Below the pieces are notes generated by a model, which searched no databases, was not told where the DNA came from, and saw only the letters and a program-made list of their open reading frames with translations. Below, piece after piece: positions 39,301 to 51,500 of a stretch of 64,000 bases of DNA; the first letter of the stretch is position 1; each line of letters starts with the position of its first letter. This DNA is from Raillietiella orientalis (taxonomy: Eukaryota). The translations under genes were made by a program, and so were the position numbers. Location of the stretch: positions 3,162,001-3,226,000 of the forward strand of contig JAYWIR010000010.1 of the NCBI GenBank assembly GCA_036172245.1. Direction: 5' to 3'.

Positions 39301-41049
39301 AAATAAAAAAGATTCCGGTCCTCTGTGCGAGTCAGACTGCAAGTTGAGTGGACCAATCAACCGAATCGAGGATTTTTTCAGGTTCAGGAGAGCACATAGG
39401 GGAGAATTAAGATCAAGACGACAACATTGGTGACTAGTTCGGACGTTCTTCCTCTCTTGGAGACTGACAGCGAAGCACTTGAGTTTGCTTTATAGGTCTC
39501 CAAATCTGGAAAACAATGGCTTTTATGGTGTTTCCAAGGATTGCCGAGTTGTCAACGGCAACCGGTTCAAAAATTCAGCACGCGGAGCACCGGAACTTTT
39601 CGAGAAAACTTCCGGTTTCGAGCTCGAATCTGCGACAAAATGAGCTGGCGGAGGGGATGACGTGGATTCCTATTTTTTCATTTCATATGTTTCCATGTTT
39701 CACTTCTCGCAAAATGTTCTTTGGCAAGGGAAGAAAAGAAGAAAAAAGATCTGGATGATTTGAGTTCGAGACATGTATTTCATCACCATCTCCAATGTAA
39801 CTTTTTCGTAAGAAAAAATATATTGCTGATCAGGGGAGTCGGTTGCGTTTCCATGTAACGGCAGCAAAGAGTGATCTCGTGTTTTCCAAGGTGCCGCCGC
39901 ATAAACGGTGGTTCATAAAGTCTGCTTTGTAGCAGCACCTTTTATCACGTTTTGTTTCGTTCGTCTTCCATCTTCATCGAGTGAGATCCTCAGCACTGCA
40001 TCTCTGTTCATCGTTCCGAAAAAAAAAAAAAGAATTAGTGAAATCGGACTACTGGCGTCAACTGCGCACATGCAGTTCTTGTAAACAGGAAAAGTGGCTG
40101 CTGGAACTCTCTCCCGTGCATTTGCGCCAATTCCCAATGCTTCCCAGAAGTGCTGCTGTCTGCTAACCATATTCTCGTGCACTGATGGGAGCAAGAAGTT
40201 CTTCCGTTCATGAATGAATCATCGTGCTTCATGACGTCAATCTCAAGAGGCTAGCAAGTTTAGAGCCTCGAAGTGAATGGCGTCGTTTGGAATGGATCAA
40301 AATGGAAAGAACATATCATAAGGAATGGAAACTGCTTCTAATAAATTAAGGTTTTTCAGGACGCCTCTGAGTGTTTACCAGAGTGACCATCGACCTACCA
40401 TCCTTCATCCACGACCCTGACCCTGCAGCACAATGCAACATAAAAGAACAACCATCGGCAGAAAATGAAATCTCACGTTGTCAACTATGTCACTTCCTCT
40501 CCCTAAGTTTGTTCTCCATTTATCTAATCCACCTTCCACAAAACCACAGTACCCCAACATACGAAGTCACCAACGCACCCAATAAGGATAAGATAAGATC
40601 TAACATCCAGTAGTGTTTAGAAATCGACGATAATCGCGGCTACTATCATCACCAACCAAAACAATCAAACAGAATTCCTCCATCAAAATCAACACTTCGT
40701 TGTCAATTACCCACACACCTAGTTCCGATTGAAAAAACACACCCACACACACCCTTAACTAGAGTCTTAACAAACTCTTTAGAGCATGACCCTTATTTAA
40801 AAGGTTGCTTTCCGGAGAACAGTCTAAACGTGCTATGATCTCAAGGAGCAATAACTCAGCTACAGAGTCTTGACATCGAAAGCCGGAAGGTCGGAAAGCA
40901 CGGCAGTTGGTTCCCAGAGATAGGGCTGGGATGCTGCCAAGGCGTGAAGACTGAGAGACGCTTCATCAGGTCAAATCAGAAATTCGACTTTGGAATTAGG
41001 GACGAGTGCTCCATCGGAGGAGTAGTCTTCCTCAAGCTTCTATTTCGGA

Positions 41050-41550
41050 TAAGAAGCTTGGGCTCACGAGTCGGTGCGTCCAAATGCAGGGGCGTTCTCT
41101 CGTGACCGATGACTCGTGCTTCGCGGACGCATGCTGAACCGACTCGCAGAATTCTTGCCTACTCGTTCCCTTCTAAGATTCTGCCTTTCCAAAATGCAGA
41201 AAACAAAAAAAGAAAAGGTATTAATAAAGTGTTTCACTTGGAATCTGTTGAGACTTTCTCTGGAATGGTCCATAGCTTTCCATCCGCTTCAGTCCCTCTT
41301 TGATGCTTGGGGTTTGCTTTGGATTACTTTGACAAGAAGATTCCAACTGCACCACGAAAGCAAGAGGAGAAAAACAAAGAGGATTGCAATGACCGAAGGC
41401 AAAGACCTCAGATGATGAGATGCTTGAGTAAGGAAAATGAATATACAGGGCCGTATGCCAACTTTCCAAGCTTCACTTTGTTTCTGCTGCATTTTCCTTT
41501 TTTGTTTTACTGGATATCAAATCTACGCACGGAGTCGGCTATTTGGAAGA
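41050..41550 (-). mobile_element. Decayed LINE RT fragment
   Basis: CIFIFLTQASH (~41420-41450), followed by ILERQNLRRERVGKNS (FLxxRxxxVxVG-like, ~41150-41195). Confidence 0.35.
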
Positions 41551-41949
41551 GATTTCATAGAAATGTTGTTCACGGAAACGTGGATGAAGGGATGATCACT
41601 GCTTGTTCACTCAAGAGATTTGTATTCTCTATACGAACTATTGCGTACAAACGTATACCTTTAAGGAGTCACTCGAGCTGTATTAGGCCACGTTTGCCTT
41701 CACCCAAAATACCATTCTATTACTACCAGATGCGGTCCCACATATTTCATTTAGCTATACTCTATTTGACTGACAAGGAATTTCATGTGAATTAAATCTC
41801 CATACCCTTCCAATACATAATATCGAATACTTTAAAATAGTATTTTATGCATTGCTAGCATTCACATATATATTTTCAAATAATAATAATTATTTAATCG
41901 ATGCTAAATTAACAGTGACTTTCCAAACAATTTCCGCGCGCCACATCCA

Positions 41950-42400
41950 TCCGTGGGAGCACTGCAACCATCTCAAACATCCATCAAGTTCGCTGGCTGG
42001 CGTCCTAATCAAAAGAGAGTTGGCTTGGAAATGCCCTGCAGGCACCTTGAGTGACCTGCAGGCACCTTTGAATATTCCAGAATCTTCAACGCATAGTATT
42101 CATCTCTGTCAACGTAGAGACCTACCTTACGATGGATCCTCCAGCTTTCCATCTGCCAAACTTACTCCAAAAATTGTTCATGGGAAGTTCTCTGAAACGC
42201 TAAAAGGCTCTGCGATGAGGGAATGCGACGGAATGCCTTCATTTGATTTTCATTGTTTCGAGATTACTCAAAGAAATGCAGCGAGAGAATGCTTGGTCCA
42301 ACTACTCAGCATCCCTAGCGTAGCGAGCGATGGGTTAGTCAGCTACAAAAATTTAATAAGATGGGAATTCGATAATAAGATACAAAGGATGCAATAAGAT
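41950..42400 (+). mobile_element. Decayed LINE RT N-terminal fragment
   Basis: PSAKLTPKIVHGKFSETLKGSAMRECDGMP in ORF 41852..42397 resembles the pre-RT T-x3-V..L..A-x-G-x-DG-x-P segment. Confidence 0.35.
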
Positions 42401-42619
42401 GAAAAGGGTGTTCCCTTTTGGAGTGAGGGCTCTGTCGTGAGACTTGGGTTCTCTATCTTTCTGTCCCTACCAGGTCAGATATGCTTGCTTTGTTTCTTGG
42501 CTTTGTGTGCGTCTAGAGGCTAATCTTCATCTTCTAAAAACCAGACTAAGTAGGTTTGAACTCCGTCCTTCGGAGGTTTTCCAGCTTGTGTGCCCACTAG
42601 ATACTCTGGAAGAATTCAA

Positions 42620-43100
42620 TGCTGAACGACACAGCTGGTCCGCGTACCTTTACCGGAATCTCCAGTTCTCGCAGAGCACCGTCGACTTATTGGAGGGTGC
42701 TGGGACCCCAAGATGGCAGCAACGGTCGCACGGACTGCGGCTTGGGTCCGTGGGAGCGACGAAGAGAGCGTGTCTTTCCGATAGGTCCCTTCTGTTGCTT
42801 CGCACGTCCCCTCGAATGCAGCTGGCATGCTTTCGGATGGTCAGTAGGCGTTCAACATTATGGCCAGATTCGGTTTCCTTGGTCACGAGGTTGGGTCTCA
42901 GAGACGAGTCCATGCCGTGTGGCTGACGTGCTCAGGATCTCCTCCATCGTCCGTGCGCTGCCTTCTCGATGTGGTTCATCAAGTGGCGATTGCCCCCGGT
43001 GCCGAGTCGGAGAAGCCGCACGCGATCATCAGAGAGACGCCGAAGCGTTTCATCCCGTTTCGGGAAGCGACGGCGAGATCGATGACTCCATCCGTTTCCT
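42620..43100 (-). mobile_element. Second copy of the LINE fragment at ~430-880
   Basis: Clear nucleotide homology, for example ACGGTCGCACGGACTG, GTGGGAGCGACGAAGAGA and ACGCCGAAGCGTTTCATCCCGTTTCGGGAAGCGACGGC in both copies; VIDLAVAS on the minus strand. Confidence 0.9.
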
Positions 43101-43313
43101 AGTTTGGTGCTTGGACGGGCGAGAAATCAAGGCATGAGAAACTGAAGAACTTGTGGTACTTAAAACGAAGATGCTCGGACCGAGGGAGATCTCCGCTCGA
43201 ACTTCATGTATGCATCAGAAGACACGGCTCAGTTAACTGCTGCTCTGATCTGCTTTCGTCCTTTTTTATTTATTTTATTCATCTTCTCGTGCCCCGAATC
43301 ACCCCGCCCTTGT

Positions 43314-44000
43314 TTTTTTTTTTTTTTTTCCACCCGACGTTTATTTTAGGAAGAGAAACAAACAGGTACGAACACAGTTCCTGGAACAACAGCAGCAAAG
43401 AAGTTCAAAGGGAGGATTCATGGACACGAGGGTCGTTCTCTAGTGCAGTCTGAAGCGGAAGCGAAGGGGACTGTATACAAACACGTAAAGGGAGAGTGGC
43501 AACAGGATTTTTTTTGGGTTTGAGTCGCTTCTTTTTGTTAGGTAAGGATGAGGAATGCTGGCGATGTCGGACTTCACTTCTTCCTGTAGGTGAGATCACT
43601 TTGCAGCCATACTCGTGTAGAATGTCCTCACCTTGACACGTGGGTGACTTCCCTTCGCTGCTCCAGTCAGAATAAGATGAATGGCGAGTTGTGACGGTGG
43701 AGCGGATGCAGCAGATCGCCTCAATGACGGCTCTTTTCGTGGTTCCTCCTCTCGCCAGGAAATGCCAGAGCAAGTGCTCAGAATTGTCTTCAGTGTACAA
43801 GATTGCTAAAGCCAGCCTCCGCCGAAGTTCCTCGAGGGCACTGTAATCCAACAGGAGGTGCGGGAACAGTTCTATTTCTTCCCTGCTCCTGAAGCAGTTT
43901 GTGGGATGCAACGCCTCTGGAAACCAGATGCATTGGAAACCCCAGAAAATCACATCAGGGCATCCTTTTCACACTAATAAAGGAACTGCAGCAGTAGGCG
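43314..44000 (-). mobile_element. L1/Tx1-type LINE 3' end ('family B') with poly(A) tail
   Basis: HLLLDYSALEELRRRLA..AVIEAICCIRSTVTTRH in ORF 43405..43953; 3'UTR homologous to ~44990-45140; ends AATAAACGTCGGGTGG plus A16 (T-run at 43314-43329). Confidence 0.85.
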
Positions 44001-44149
44001 GTTGAGTCCTGGACTGCATACCAGGGATTGCGCGTTCAGGATCTTTGCCTCTTGCAATATCTGTTGCCACGACTACTGAAAATGGTGATGAAGGACCTGG
44101 TGAAGTGGTCGACGCTGACCGCCATATCCCTCGCCGCAGAGCTGTCTGC

Positions 44150-45144
44150 TCACTCGATAAGAAACAGCAGTAGCTACTAGCGAGGTGGGAATTTTCCTAC
44201 ACCATTGCGAGAAGAATCAAACTCATTGGTGACTGAAAGACACGCGATATGGTGGACGCTCTCACTCTGCTTGCTTTGGCGACGGGACTCTTTCGGTGGA
44301 GCGAACTATTGAGTGTTGCTCCCGAAGAACTCGTGGTCCCTCTTTGTGTAAATACTTCAGTGTTTCCGTTCAGCTGGAAACAGGATGTGCTGCTCTTCAG
44401 CCACTGGGCATTCCAGTACAAGTGGTGGCGCCATAGTTTCCTCAGTGGTTGCATCTCCGAACTGTGTCAGGTGCGAGTGGGTAGAATCGATCCCGCCGCA
44501 CCTGCTATTGGACTGCAGTGTCCTCCAGGAACTGCGGCATAGGATGGCAGCAGCACTCCTGCTGCACCGGGAAGACACCACCCGAGATGTGCTGCGACGG
44601 TTCTTCGCGCCGGGAGGACTCTCGAAGGGGGAGGTTATCGCAACCATTCGTACCATCGTCACTGCCCGCCATGTTCTCGAAACCACCAAGCAGCAAAGAA
44701 AAGTCACCGGGATGGCAGCTGTCTACATGAGGACTGCTGCAAGGTGGCTTCATCTGTCAGAAGAAGTGAAGGAGGAGATCGCCGGCTTTCAACGCCGGTT
44801 TTAGGAAAGTTCGGAATTGAGAACACCGATAACCCTTGTCCCCTGCTTCCCTTTATTATTTTTTCTTACTGCACATCCCCATTTGCTCCGTAACTTCCCA
44901 AGTGTTTTTGTATGTTGTGATCTCAGTGCAAACGAAGCAAACCCAAAGATATCTGCCCCATCCCACCATCCCACCTCTTATTTTTTTTGTTGTCTCCGCT
45001 TCCCTCCCGCGTTCTGGACTTTTGCCTGTCCCGACCAGAGTATCGGTGGACCCTTCCCTTAAACTTTTGTGTTCTGTTGGCAACTACGTTCCCAACTGGT
45101 TCATTTTCTATAAGATAAACGTCCCGGCGTGACCGGGTGAAAAA
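44150..45144 (+). mobile_element. L1/Tx1-type LINE 3' end ('family B')
   Basis: CVRCEWVESIPPHLLLDC (CCHC zinc finger typical of the L1 ORF2 C-terminus) and EVIATIRTIVTARHVLE in ORF 44385..44804; pyrimidine-rich 3'UTR; ends GTCCCGGCGTGACCGGGTGAAAAA. Confidence 0.85.
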
Positions 45145-45399
45145 CTTCAAAGGGAACACAGGTTTTTACGCACAGAGGTGGGACAACCAGTTCTTCGGGA
45201 GGGGCACTCTGAAGAGGTTACTCCACCAAAGCAACCCCGGGAACGCGGAGTGGAGCGAGTGGCCCTTGCTTTGCTGCGAACCTGCGAGACGGAGGTTGCA
45301 TCCCATACCTCTCCTCGAACTCCGGTCGTTGCCTAGAATCGACTTTCTTATCTTGTGAGCTACCTGGTGAATGAACGCCTTGGAGAGACTCTCCTATGG

Positions 45400-45860
45400 G
45401 GTCATTTGTTTTTAAATAAATGAGTACAATTTCGAAGTAAAAATGGGAGTGGCTTATGCCGACTCCGATGGAGAGGAACAAATCCCGCTAAAACAGACGT
45501 AGGGAGGAAAGGAACGGATGGAAAGTCAATGTGTCAATGAAAGGATGGAAGGTGGACTACGCCGATCTGACGGTGTATGACATGATTCCCGAGAGCCTGC
45601 AGTGGGTAGTAGGGAGGGAAGGCAAGGGCAGTGGAGGTCTATTACTGGCTTCGAGAATGCCTGCCTACTGCTGCCCCGAGATGACCTTGCATTTCGAGCC
45701 CTCGGCTCGGACCGTATCGCTGCATCATGCCGTGAGCTTGAAGGCGATTGTGAGTGACTCCCTCGGGTGTCTTCCGTATTGGCGGCCTCCGTTACTCACT
45801 TGTGGGCAGAAGACGAGGGCCAACGAGGAGAACGGCTGCTAAGGGCCGGAGAGATGAGCC
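45400..45860 (+). mobile_element. Possible Tx1-type ORF1 remnant
   Basis: YWRPPLLTCGQ..C at the end of ORF 45531..45842 resembles an eroded ORF1 zinc knuckle. Weak. Confidence 0.3.
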
Positions 45861-46299
45861 TTCTGCAGAGCGGACCCTGGAGGAGCATCGCCGAGGATGA
45901 GACTGCAGCTCCTCCATTCCTGCTTCAGCCCTGGAGCAGGAGGGACACAACAGAGATTCGGTTTGCAGCAACCCAGAGCGCCGGAGGCAGCGGGCGTTGA
46001 GAGGAACCGCCATCGTCCCGGTCATCAAACCTGGGGGATCCTTCCTGGAGGACGCCGCGTGCAGGGATTTCCCCTGCACCCTCCCTAGCCCAAACCTGTT
46101 TGGAGCGCGAGATTCGGGAAGGTGGAGGGAAAGGAAAGCCAGCAACGGGACCGAAGGATTTCCGGGTAGAGATCACGCGACTCCAGGCGCGAATCCCCCC
46201 GAATCCTCGGGATCGATCTTCTTCCGCTCCTGGATTACAGGATGCACTTTCCCTGTCTTTCTCATTCGCCGCTTCCTTATCCCCCTATCCCCTCCCCTT

Positions 46300-47300
46300 G
46301 CTCGTCGAACCTACCGATCTTCCTTTTGATAGATTCGTTTGAACTTTCAGCGTGTTCCAGTAAGGAAGGCAAGTAGGATTCCCCCTTTCCTTCCTGGCTT
46401 CTTCCCCTTTCTCCATTCCCTCCCCTCACCCCCCTACTCCCTGCCCGCCGAATCCGCCTGGATCAGCGGGGAGCATACGCCTTCCCGTAGGCTCTGGGCT
46501 CAGACTCCGGGTGCTCCCGCCTTCCGAGTGCCCTAGCCAAGGACGGCCGCGCGACCTGCTTCCCGAGAGCAGGGAGAGCCGCGAACATTTTCCCTGGGTC
46601 CTCGAAGATGGCGGGAGGTGTTCTAACACGAGACGTGGCACCAAGCGTCGCGGGTTCGAATACCGCTCAGGAAGAATCGATGTCAGAAAAGTAGGTGTGC
46701 TGTAGGTTTCGAATTCCCCTCTCAAGATGACCCTGGTTAGACCATAAGCGGGTGAGGCACTGGGGGAAGCTGGCAAAACTCGGATGCCCCCGATAAGTAA
46801 CCGGGATTGGGAGTCAACCTTCCGGGGTCCTTCCAGGAATCAAAAAACCCTTCGAGGTTCCCCTACGGTTGTGAAAATGGGGCCGTCCCCTTTCTTCTTT
46901 GAGGGTGGCCCTCCATCTCGTACCATGGAGATGGTTGATGCTCGCCAGAGTGTGAAGAAGCGCGCTGCTCCCTTCGGGGAGCGCACTCCAGAGAAAATTA
47001 ATGATGGTGGAAAAGAGAGGGAAGACAAGCAAGCTGCACCGCACTGCCGCGGGGCCGCGGCGTACCAGAAGCGGAAGGCGTCAACTGGCTCGCAATGTGG
47101 GGGGATGGAACGAAATGGTGAGCGGAGAGGCGAAGTCGCTTTTCAGGGGCCTAATTTTTCCACGCGGACACTTCCGGGACTTTTTGTAATTCTCCAAGGG
47201 AAAATGCAAGGCAGGCAATCCTCCTTGAAGTAGGGGGCCTTTTCTCTTTGCAGCTGACATGCTGCCGTCCCTCCGGTGGCTGAGCGTCCCTCGAAAAGGG
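46300..47300 (-). mobile_element. Decayed LINE endonuclease fragment
   Basis: RVILRGEFE (GDFN-like), TPTF/SDID and EHLP (SDH-like) in order around ORF 46426..46776. Confidence 0.45.
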
Positions 47301-47780
47301 GAACTCCCCCCCTCTCCACAAGTCTGAGGAGATCTCCTGAGAACTCTAAGCTTCAACTGCAGCATGGAAGGGTCTCAAACGCCCTGAGGCCGGTTGAAGC
47401 TTCCTTTTATTCCGGTTCCCGACTGGCGCCGTCCATGGATAAAGGCGAAAAGACCCCTGGGATGCCCCTACTCACCTGACTTCGAGGAGACCTTATTTAT
47501 TTATTTTTTCAAAGTGTGTCGTGATATTGTTGTGAACGGTGCCTCTCTAAAGTGGCGCAGATGCCAGTGTGGATGACGGTCAAGGACAAGTGCTATTCCG
47601 AGAGTCACGACGCTCCATGGCAACCAGCACCATGCCGATAGGGTGTCAGCCGTCCACCTTCAAGAAGGTACACGTGCCAGCATTGGCAGAGACGCTGCCC
47701 CTCTTGCCGAGCGCCGGTGCCGGTGCGATAATGGCGGACCCGAGGAAGGTCCGTTGCTTTCAAAACCCAGAGGATGCTGC

Positions 47781-48500
47781 CGCCCGGTCACATCAGGGCA
47801 TTTCTTGCAACAACAATCAACTTGTTGCGATAGGACACGTAGTCTTGTCACGTTCCATTCTACAAAGGACCTGCTGGGTCGCCGGTACGCAGACTGGAGA
47901 GGTTCACCTCGGCAGCGGTACGGAGGGGAGGAAACAAAAAATAAAATAAAATAAAAGAATAAATAGAGATGGATAAAAAAAACTATTCAAGACCAGGAAG
48001 GGATCACGGTTCGCTGGAGGGAGTCATCTGAATTTTCCCAGGATGCCGGCAAAGTCCTTCCGGATAATACCTAGGTAGGGTCATCGGGCTGCTATCCTTA
48101 GGAATCGGACTGCAAGATGGATGGTGTCCCTTTTGTCTCGCGGTCTGTCAATTTCGCTCCAGACCGCCCCAATTTCGCAGAAAAAAAAAGTACCACTAGA
48201 GTTGCGGCTGACTTCAGAGCATCCAGCACAAAGAGGAGCCGCAAAACGTCCCTGGAATTGCCAACTGGGGTCCGCAAGGTCGTTCCAAAGCGTCTCCATA
48301 GGTATCAGAGGGCAGCATAGTCCACAAGCATGTGCGAGAGGGACTCACGTTCGCCGCATCTGCGGCAGTCCGGTTTTATACTCCCCAGTGTTCAGTGATG
48401 TCGGCAAGCGTTGCAGAGAAGACCCCACTGCAACAACGGAAGTGCCGAAATGCTCATTCTGGGACTCTTCAGGATCCTCCGCAGCCAGCAGCGAGCGTAG
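47781..48500 (-). mobile_element. L1/Tx1-type LINE 3' end ('family A')
   Basis: Nucleotide homology to 10390-10950 (TCCCTCTCGCAC-TGCTTGTGG, GATCCCTTC, GTCTGCGTACCGGC); KDFAGIL C-terminus; terminal motif at 47781-47803. Confidence 0.85.
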
Positions 48501-48549
48501 TTGCTGAGTCGGACAGGCCGTTCGACGCTTCCGAGCTGGGCTCCTTTAA

Positions 48550-51500
48550 CTTTGTCCAATCCAACGGATGACGGAACCCGCGTGGAACGCTGACACCTTC
48601 GCTAAACAAATCATTCTTAAGACGAGATGATGTGCCTGGAGAACGTCAGGGATGTGTACTCTGAGCTCCACAACGGAAATGTGAACTTCAAAAAAAAAGA
48701 GGAAAAAAATCAAGGTCATCGTTCCGTCCGCTATCGGCTTCACCATCTACACTGCAGACGAGGGAACCCAGTAGACCCTAATAGAACAGTGCACCATGTT
48801 GAATGACAGGCTGATGCGCGACATGGGGAAACTCTTCACCACTGCACTCCATTGGACTGTCGTGCATTGCTAAACCAGCCGGGAAGACGTGTGGAAGTTC
48901 TCCAATGCGAAGTGGAACAAAAAGCTCTGCAGCCATATAGTTGGCAGCTTTGTCGGAGAAGTGATAACGCGCATCACCCTTTTCGATGACGCCAAGATCC
49001 TGGAAGTGGTCTCCGACGAAGATCACTCCCAGCACGTGCAGGTTCGATACCGTCTGGGGCCCACGTTCCGCACGGGCTGCAAGCAGTTCGGCCATCGGCT
49101 CGGCACCTGCCCGAAGGCGCGCTCTTTCCATGTGCCCAGCAGGGCCACTTCATCGGGCAGTGCATGAAGTAGGCGCAGAGAGACTCAGGTTACGTAAAAC
49201 GGGAATGACAGAAGTTCTCGGTTTGGCTTGAGGCCAAGGGGTTGCCTACAGTGCTGGAAAAACAGCAGGACGAGCATAAAGTGGTGTTCGCCAGCACCGC
49301 CGCTGGCACGGGCTTCGCAGAAGAAAAAGCAGCAGAAGAGCAAACCAGAGGTGGAAGAGTTTCTTCTTTCGCCAGTAGTGTCGGCAGAAAGCGGAGCGAC
49401 CGAGGAGGAGAAGCCACAGGCATCAGAATGTGACAGAAAGTGGCTGCAGTTTGAAGACCAACTGGATTTGGTAAAAGCCAAATTTGTCGAGTCAGCCTTG
49501 CAACTAGCAAAGGAAACCACGCATGTTGCACGAGTAGCTCGACAGAAGAAAACCATCATCAATGATATCACCGACTATGTACAATTCGAGAGCGGTTTGT
49601 GAGAAGAAACATCTGCTGAGAGGAGGCAGATAACCTCTCCCAAGGAGAAAAAGGAGCTATTCGCTTCTTCTTCTTCTTCAAGAGATAAGAAAAAGCGAAG
49701 AGATCAACATTTAATCCCTATCATCTCTTTCCAGTCGATCGCCAGGAGCATCGAGATCGCTTCCTGAAATGTGAACGGGATGTCGAACGAGGAGAAGCGC
49801 AGGCCAATCACGCGGATTATCCAGCGTGACGACATTGTGTGCCTGCAGAAGACTCAGAAAACGGACCACCACATCTGTCTCGAGGTTGAAAGACGATTAT
49901 AAGCCCAGATGTTCATGAGCGCTGTAGCCAAGAAGACGAAGGGGGTGGCGATCCTCATAAAGAATAAGATTGTGCACACCCTCCTCGAGACGTTTTCTCC
50001 GTGGCCTGGTCGCATCGCCGAAGTTCTGTTTTGGTTGGGAAGCGTCCACCTGTTCCTGGTGAACGTATATGGACCACATTGAGGGAAAGACCGGTGTGCG
50101 GAAGCTGCGGTTTCTGCTGCTCAGAAAGGCCGCACGAAAGCATATCATCGTCATCGTCGGAGACTTCAATATTCTGGTGAACATCACCCCGACCGAGGAT
50201 GCCCGAAAAAAAACAGTGTATTGAAAGTTGGCCGATGAGTTTGGAATTCTGTGGCTAACCGATAGCCACAAGACGATTGATCGTGCCCTCTAAAGCATGA
50301 AAATGGGGGACCGCGTTCAGAATTTCTGCGACTCCCAGACCCTGCTACTGGACCAGCCTACGTTACGGTTCACTCTGTGGACTGACAGGTCTTGGAAGAA
50401 AATAAGCACAAGGGCGGCGTCCATCTACATGTCCACCTAGTTCGAGACTTTTTCCTGTCACCAGCAGTTCGCCTAACATCCGCAAAGTGCCAGCATCCGC
50501 AAAGTCCACGACTGATACAGGTGGAAGCGTACAGTGCATTTGTTCTGCAACATGCAGTACGGTGTCAGGAAGATCTGGCAGAAGGCGTACCAGGAGCTGA
50601 ACTCTGAAGATGACTCCCTCTCGAAGTACTGAAATCTGTGCGAGAGGCGGTACGTCTACAATAACGTCATGGGGGAAGTAGGAGCACTGGAGAAAAAATA
50701 TCGCTGCCGATGTCTTCTGAATCTAGCTGGACGGCCAAGTGCGGCACACGCCGGAAGGTATAGTGAAAGTGTTTGGGCAACACTGGACTTTCCATTTCCA
50801 ACATCAAGATATGAGCCAGGTAGAACAGGAAGTCATTCTGAGTCATTTACAACAGAAAGTGACAGACATCAGTAGGTTCGTCTTGGAAAGGAGCCCACAA
50901 AGAAAGAGGTGAAGAGAGCATTCGCTGGACTTTGCAAGGACGTGGCAGCAGGCACCGATGATGTACACATTTCTCATTATTAGTAATACCTGCACGCACA
51001 TCTGCTCTTGTTCCATGAGCTGACACTCTGTAGCCAAGAAGGATGGAAGCTTCCGGAGTTGTTCCACGGGAGTAGGATGAGGTTGCTGGCCAAAGGAGGC
51101 GACCTGACTAAGGTCATTCACTGGTGACCAATCTCCATCTCAACTCGGAACACCAAGTGGCGGAGATCTGGGTCAACCACTTGAGCACGGCCATGCCAAC
51201 AGGTGGTCTCTCCGGTTCAGACGTGCGCGGTTCCTGGACGTTGCATGGCAACGTGAAGTATGCCCAAGTAACAAAGACATCGGATTCAGTCGATACATCG
51301 CCGAGACCCTGGTGCTCGGCTTCAAGGATATGGAAGTGTTGGACACCGTGGACCATGGGATGCTGCTGAAGATTCTGAGGAAAACGAGCTTCCTTGAATA
51401 CTTCAGCGAGTATGTACAGAAAATACTCGAAGGCTAGTACTTCAAATTTGGCATTAATGGAATGGACACGAACGCAATCCGGGTGGAAAAGGGAGTCCTC

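Noticed and set aside
43950..43963. 14-mer TCACATCAGGGCAT identical to 47788-47801
   Set aside because: Here it falls in family B coding sequence that aligns with other copies, so it is most likely coincidental rather than a sixth terminal motif.
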